From the NCBI GenBank assembly GCA_002269645.1, contig NIVC01002719.1:62001-126000 (forward strand): DNA of 64,000 bases, written 5' to 3'. A model generated the notes under the pieces. That model was not told where the DNA came from. It did no database searches and saw only the letters and a program-made list of their open reading frames with translations. Shown here in pieces: positions 58,623 through 64,000 of this stretch. The number at the start of each line of letters is the position of its first letter. Position 1 is the first letter of the stretch. The position numbers and the translations under genes were made by a program. This DNA is from Macrostomum lignano (Eukaryota).

Positions 58623-61600
58623 TGTCAGATGTTAGTGCGCAAGCACTTATCATCTAATGTTCATACTGTATTTTCAAGTTTATTTTCTGTCTATGGTCTT
58701 AATCTTGAGGGCAGCGGCCTACCAAATATATACTCTTATGCGAACGACGGACCACGGCTGGCAAGCGCTTAGACCGAAGCACAGTCATTCTACATCGCAT
58801 AGTCTCATCGGCCATAACTCGACAGTGGCGACGAGGATGGGATCCATTGGCAGAATCCCTGCGCTCACGGCAAACTCCGATGTAGACGTCTACTTGGAGA
58901 GGTTTGACCAATTCCTCAAATACAAGGAGATCAAAGATGAGGCAAAGGTCGCAACGCTTGTGACTGCCATTGGAGAAGAGGCATACAAAGTGCTCCGCAA
59001 TCTGTGCCAGCCCGATGCTGTGGCTTCAAGGTCATACGAAGATCTGGTGAAACTTCTAAAGGAGCACTATGCTCCGAAGACTTCTATGCTCTCGGCGAGA
59101 TTTCGGTTCCAGCAGTGCGTGCAGAGACCGGGTGAGAGCTTCGCTGACTTTATTTCCGGTCTCTAGGGCGCATCAGAGCACTGCGAATTCGGCACGGCTG
59201 ATCAAATAAAAGAGAGGCTGAGGGATCAACTCCTCTTCGGTCTTCGCAGCGACTCTCACCGTGCCAAGATTTTAGAAATGGAAAAGCCAGATTTTCAAGC
59301 TCTGATTTCCAAGGTCAACGCTCTGGAAGCAGCCGAGACGAACTCTACTGAGATGGCGCATAAAGTGGAACCGGCGGCTCACCTGCGGTACTCCAAGAAG
59401 CCAGCGTCCAAGGTCAGCGAAAACAGCCAAAAGTCTCCGGCCAGCGTCACCCAGGCAAGTTGGGCAGCGGGAGCGTGTGCCAGCTGCGGCGGTGCCCACA
59501 GTCGGCAGCAATGCAAACTTCGCGAGGCTAAGTGCCACAACTGCGGCAAGGTCGGCCACATCCGGAAGGTGTGCAGATCCTCTAAGCTGCACAAGATGGA
59601 TACGGAGACGGCTGAGCTACAGGAGCCCCTCTTCAGCATTCGCCTAAACGGATCGAGCAAGGGACTGAGAATCGAGTTGCTGCTGCAAGGCCAGCCATGT
59701 TGTTTTGAGGTTGACACCGGGTCCGCCCTCACCGTAATCCCAAAAGTAATTCAGGAGAAGGTACTGCCTGGACTTTGCCTGTCGCCGACTCCCACGGTGC
59801 TTAGAACCTACACCGGCGAGAGCTTCCGGCCAGTCGGTCAGGCGGACGTCACCGTCCAGCACAACGGCCAGGGTCGGCGACTGACGCTATTGGTGGTCGA
59901 GCGTGGCGACGTCGCACTGCTCGGCCGTGACTGGCTGACGGAGCTGAAGCTGGACTGGCCAAACATCCTCAGCCAAGTCAACTCAGTGGCTGGTGAAGCT
60001 GGCGACCTGCTAGCGCAGTTCCCCGAGGTCTTCCAAGGCGGCTTAGGCACTTATCGGTACGGGAAGGTCACGCTGCACATGCCGGTGGAGGCCAAGCCGC
60101 GCTTCTTCAAGGCCAGACCGGTTCCCTACGCTCTCAGGGATCGCGTTGACGAGGAGCCGCGACGGATGGAAGCTGACGGAATCATCACTCCTGTCAAGTA
60201 CTCCGACTGGGCGGCGCCCATCGTGCCGGTGGTCAAAAAGAACGGTGCGGTGAGAATCTGTGGCGACTACAAGCTGACTTACAACGCCGAAGCCAGGCCC
60301 GAGCTATACCCATTGCAGCGCATCGAGGACCTGTTTGCCAAGCTGGGCGGCGGCTGCAAGTGGTCCAAGCTGGACATGTCCAATGCTTTCCTGCAACTGC
60401 CGCTATCCCAGGACAGTAGGGCCTATTTGACCATCAACACGCAGCGCCGTCTATTCCAGCTGAATCGCATGCCGTTCGGCATCAACTGCGCCAGCGCCGT
60501 GTTCCAGCGCACGCTCGACTCGCTGCTCGAAGACTTAGAGTCGGTTCAGGTATTTGTCGACGATATTCTAGTAACAGGCAAGACTCTGCATCATTATCAC
60601 CAGAACCTGGTAAAGGCACTTCAACGCCTACAAGAGGCGGGACTGCGGTTGAACAGGGAAAAATGCGAGTTCTTCCGTGACTCGGTTGAGTACCTAGGCC
60701 ATCGAATCGACAGCAACGGACTCCATCCGCTGGCTGAAAAGGTAACGGCGGTGCAGAATGCGCCGCCACCTACAGACTGCAGCCAGCTCCGAGCTTACCT
60801 GGGCATGCTAACGCACTACGGCAAGTTCTTGCCGAATCTGTCAACGGTTATCGCTCCGTTAAACCAGCTTCTGACGAAGAACACACGCTGGACTTGGGAA
60901 GGACCTCAACAGCAGGCCTTCGAGAAGTCCAAGCGTCTCCTGCTGGAGTCTCCAGTGCTCATTCACTACGATGCTAAGCTGCCGCTGCGACTGGAGTGCG
61001 ACGCCAGCCCCTACGGATTGGGTGTGGTGCTGACGCATCGCGTGGATGGCAAGGACCGGGCCATCGCCTTTGCCAGCCGCAGCTTGACCACAGCTCAGAA
61101 GGGCTACTCGCAGCTGGACAAGGAAGCATTAGCGATTATGTTCGGCCTCCAGCGCTTTCATAAGTTCCTCCAGGGCCGCAAGTTCGTCATCGTAACCGAC
61201 CACAAGCCGCTCCTGGCACTCCTAGGGGAGCACAAGGGCATCCCGGAACACGCGGCGGCTCGCATGCAACGCTGGGCGATCCGCTTGGCGGGCTACGACT
61301 ACTCGCTGGAGTTCCGGCCAACCAGCCAGCACGCCAACTGCGATTCGCTCTCCCGCCTGCCGCTGCCAAGGCAATTTGAGGAGGAGCCGGCCGTGAACGC
61401 TCTGCTGCTAAACGAGGAGACCGGATCCGCCATAACGGCTAAGGCAGTGGCGCGGCACACCCGAACGGACGCCGTCCTCGGCCACGTGCTGCGCTGCCTG
61501 TAGGCCGGCGTGCCCATGACCGGCTCGGATCTCATCGACTTTGCCAGGCGTAGCAACGAGCTGAGTGTCGAGCAGGGCTGCATGCTGTGGGGCGCCCGCG

Positions 61601-62965
61601 TTGTGGTGCCAACGGCTCTGCGGCAAGGCGTGCTGGACGAGCTGCACCAGGCGCACCCCAGCATCAACCACATTCGAGCGCTGGCCTGCAGCTATGTCTG
61701 GTTGGCCAGGCCTTGACAAGCAACTCGAGACGACTGTCAAGTCTTGCCGGACCTGCATGCTCAACCAAGCCAACCCTCCCAAGGCGCCAGTGCAGCCATG
61801 GCCGTTTCCGGCTGAACCATGGGCGAGGCTGCACCTGGACTTTGCAGGCCCTGTTGACGGCCGCACCTACCTGGTGATTGTGGACGCCTTTAGTAAGTGG
61901 CCGGAGGTTCTTCGGGTGCATAGCGTCACGTCTATGGCTACCATTGAGCGGCTCCGCAAGGTCTTCGCCAGACTGGGTATCCCCCGAGTACTGGTTTCCA
62001 ACAACGGCACGCAGTTCACATCTGCGGAGTTCGCCAAATTCACTAGGCGCAACGGCATCCATCATGTCTTCTCTGCACCATTTCACCCGGCAACGAACAC
62101 GCAGGCAGAGAGATTTGTCCAAGTGCTTAAGCGGCACCTGGTCAAGAGCGGGCACTCAGCGGCTGCTCTGCAGCAAATGTAGATGACTTATCGCAACACG
62201 CCGCACTCCATCACCGATGCGGCCCCCAGCCAGCTGCTCATCGGAAGGAAATTGTGCAGTCGGTTGGACTTGCTGATGCCATCGCTGATGGACAGCATGC
62301 AACAACGCCATGAGCAGGAGGTGGAGCAGCAGCCGCAGGCACGTGATTTCCAAACCGGCAATAAGGTTCTGCTGCAAAACTTTAGTACTGGAGGCACTCG
62401 TTGGACTGAAGGTACCGTGCGATCTGCCGGCGCGCGCAACTGCACTGTTGAAGCTGATGGCACCATCCACCGACGGCACACCGATTAGCTGTTGACAAAT
62501 TCGCTTCCCGATGCCGAGACTGTGTCATCACCATAACTCTCAGATGCGACGACCCCGACAATTGCTGAGATGCCAGACAAAGTCGCTAGACCCATAGACA
62601 GCGAGATCATCAACCCTGCTGACAGCATCGGTGGCACAGTTGCAACAAACACCCAGGCCAGGCGTTACCCACAACGGCGCAGACAACCGCCGGATGGCCT
62701 TCAACTATGATTGGGGACTGTTACTTTGACCTGACTGAATTTCTTTGAACTTTAGGGGGGAGATGTCAGATGTTAGTGCGCAAGCACTAATCATCTAATG
62801 TTTATACTGTATATTCAAGTTTATTTTCTGTCTATGGTCTTAATCTTGAGGACAGCCGCCTACCAAATATATACTCTTATGCAAACGACGGACCACGGCC
62901 AGCAAGCGCTTAGACCGAAGCACCGTCATTCTACATCGCATAGTCTCATCGGCCATAACTCGACA
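58623..62965 (+). mobile_element. Full-length Ty3/Gypsy LTR retrotransposon (Mag-like, 4343 bp)
   Basis: 202-bp LTRs at 58623-58824 and 62764-62965 (TG..CA, ~9 differences); PBS TGGCGACGAGG at 58826; PPT TTAGGGGGGAGA at 62752-63. Confidence 0.97.
58837..62488 (+). pseudogene. gag-pol of the Gypsy element (stops at 59164, 61501, ~62180; frameshift near 61710)
   Basis: Two CCHC knuckles, VDTGS protease, FVDD RT, CDAS/E/DH RNase H, and integrase LHLDFAG..VDAFSKW..AERFV. Confidence 0.95.
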
Positions 62966-63500
62966 AAGTGCAAACAAGAAAACAGGAGAATACCAAGTTT
63001 TTTTCGTTTTGAGTCCAGGTGATCAGATTGAGCAAGAGCAGACGTCACGGAGTGCCTAGAAATGATTAGATTCTCAAGTTGGAAGCCTAGAATGACTAAA
63101 TATGGTGACAAGGGAAGCGACTATGGAGAGAGTAAGTGCAAACAAGAAAACAGGAGAATACCAAGTTTTTTCGTTTTGAGTCCAGGTGATCAGATTGAGC
63201 AAGAGCAGACGTCACAGAATGCCTAGAAATGATTAGATTCTCAAGTTGGAAGCCTAGAATGACCAAATATAGTGACAAGGGAAGCGACTATGGAAAGAGT
63301 AAGTGCAAACAAGAAAACAGGAGAATACCAAGTTTTTTCGTTTTGAGTCCTGGTGATCAGATTGAGCAAGAGCAGACGTCACAGAGTGCCTAGAAATGAT
63401 TAGATTCTCAAGTTGGAAGCCTAGAATGACTAAATATGGTGACAAAGGAAGCGATTATGGAGAGAGTAAGTGTAAACAAGAAAACAGAAGATTACCAAGT
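62966..63500 (+). repeat. 167-bp tandem satellite, ~3.2 units
   Basis: Unit starts AAGTG at 62966, 63134, 63301 and 63468. Confidence 0.95.
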
Positions 63501-64000
63501 GTTCCTTTTGAGTGTTACTTATTGAGTGACAAGATTTAGGAAAGAGTGGGATAATGTTGGATTAAAATTTGATTAAAGTTGGAAGAGGTTCTATTAAAGT
63601 TGGATTGTAGTTTGAATAAAGTTAGATAGGGTTGAATTTAATTTAGACTAGGTCTGTATGGCTATATACTTTAACAATAATATACCTTATAGAAGAAACA
63701 TTATTGCTCTAGATGAATAGGCCTAGTAATTGAAGAGTAGAGTAGTAGTAGTAGTAAGGATTGGCTCAGGCAAATGGTGCCTGTTGTGCCAACATTAGAA
63801 AGTATATTTGGTTATTTTTTGTTTGAAGTTCAATTTTAACATAACACATATATGAGATAATTCATATATTTTTAGAATTAGGAAATTAATTTGACTCAAA
63901 AAGTGCAAAAATCAAATTAAGCAAGGATAATAAATTCAAATTTACAAAGTAATAACATATTAAAAAGAAAGTATTTTGAAAGGTTGGTTAAAATATTAGA

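Noticed and set aside
59272-62495. Numerous antisense and alternate-frame ORFs over the Gypsy pol
   Set aside because: GC-rich codon shadows of gag-pol.
62966-63500. Hammerhead-like CTGATCA...GAAA on the minus strand of the 167-bp unit
   Set aside because: The core is CTGATCA rather than CTGANGA, and no stem II or stem III pairing can be drawn.
1-64000. rRNA, tRNA and a Polinton major capsid gene
   Set aside because: No recognisable conserved rRNA or tRNA sequence and no double jelly-roll-type ORF seen by eye. A covariance or profile search would be needed to exclude decayed copies.

Overview
Eukaryotic (metazoan-like) DNA made almost entirely of nested, mostly decayed mobile elements. No rRNA, tRNA or CRISPR array is supported, and only one probable host-gene fragment (two exons, FN3-like) was found. 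Main components: (1) two diverged, intron-containing Mutator-like (MULE) transposase genes (~14.8-18.8 kb and ~50.3-54.1 kb) sharing an unusual architecture: CAMTA-type CG-1 DNA-binding domain, DDE core, SWIM finger, then a USP/peptidase C19-like deubiquitinase domain; (2) a Polinton/Maverick (adintovirus-like) graveyard from 33.2 to 49.5 kb with minor capsid, adenain-like protease, discoidin-tipped fibre-like gene, pPolB, packaging ATPase, integrase and PLA2 remnants. It includes a 3.9 kb non-autonomous mini-Maverick (470-bp TIRs, 6-bp TSD, branched terminal hairpins, D5-like helicase remnant) inserted into pPolB; (3) a full-length Gypsy element with both LTRs inside a 167-bp satellite, a second decayed Gypsy pol and several solo LTRs; (4) Chapaev3, P/THAP, Tc1, Crypton and RTE relics plus hAT-type MITEs; (5) a Penelope-type minimal hammerhead ribozyme, a PC4-like gene and coding minisatellites. 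All family assignments come from motif recognition by eye, with no database search. Boundaries described as approximate may be off by tens of bases.
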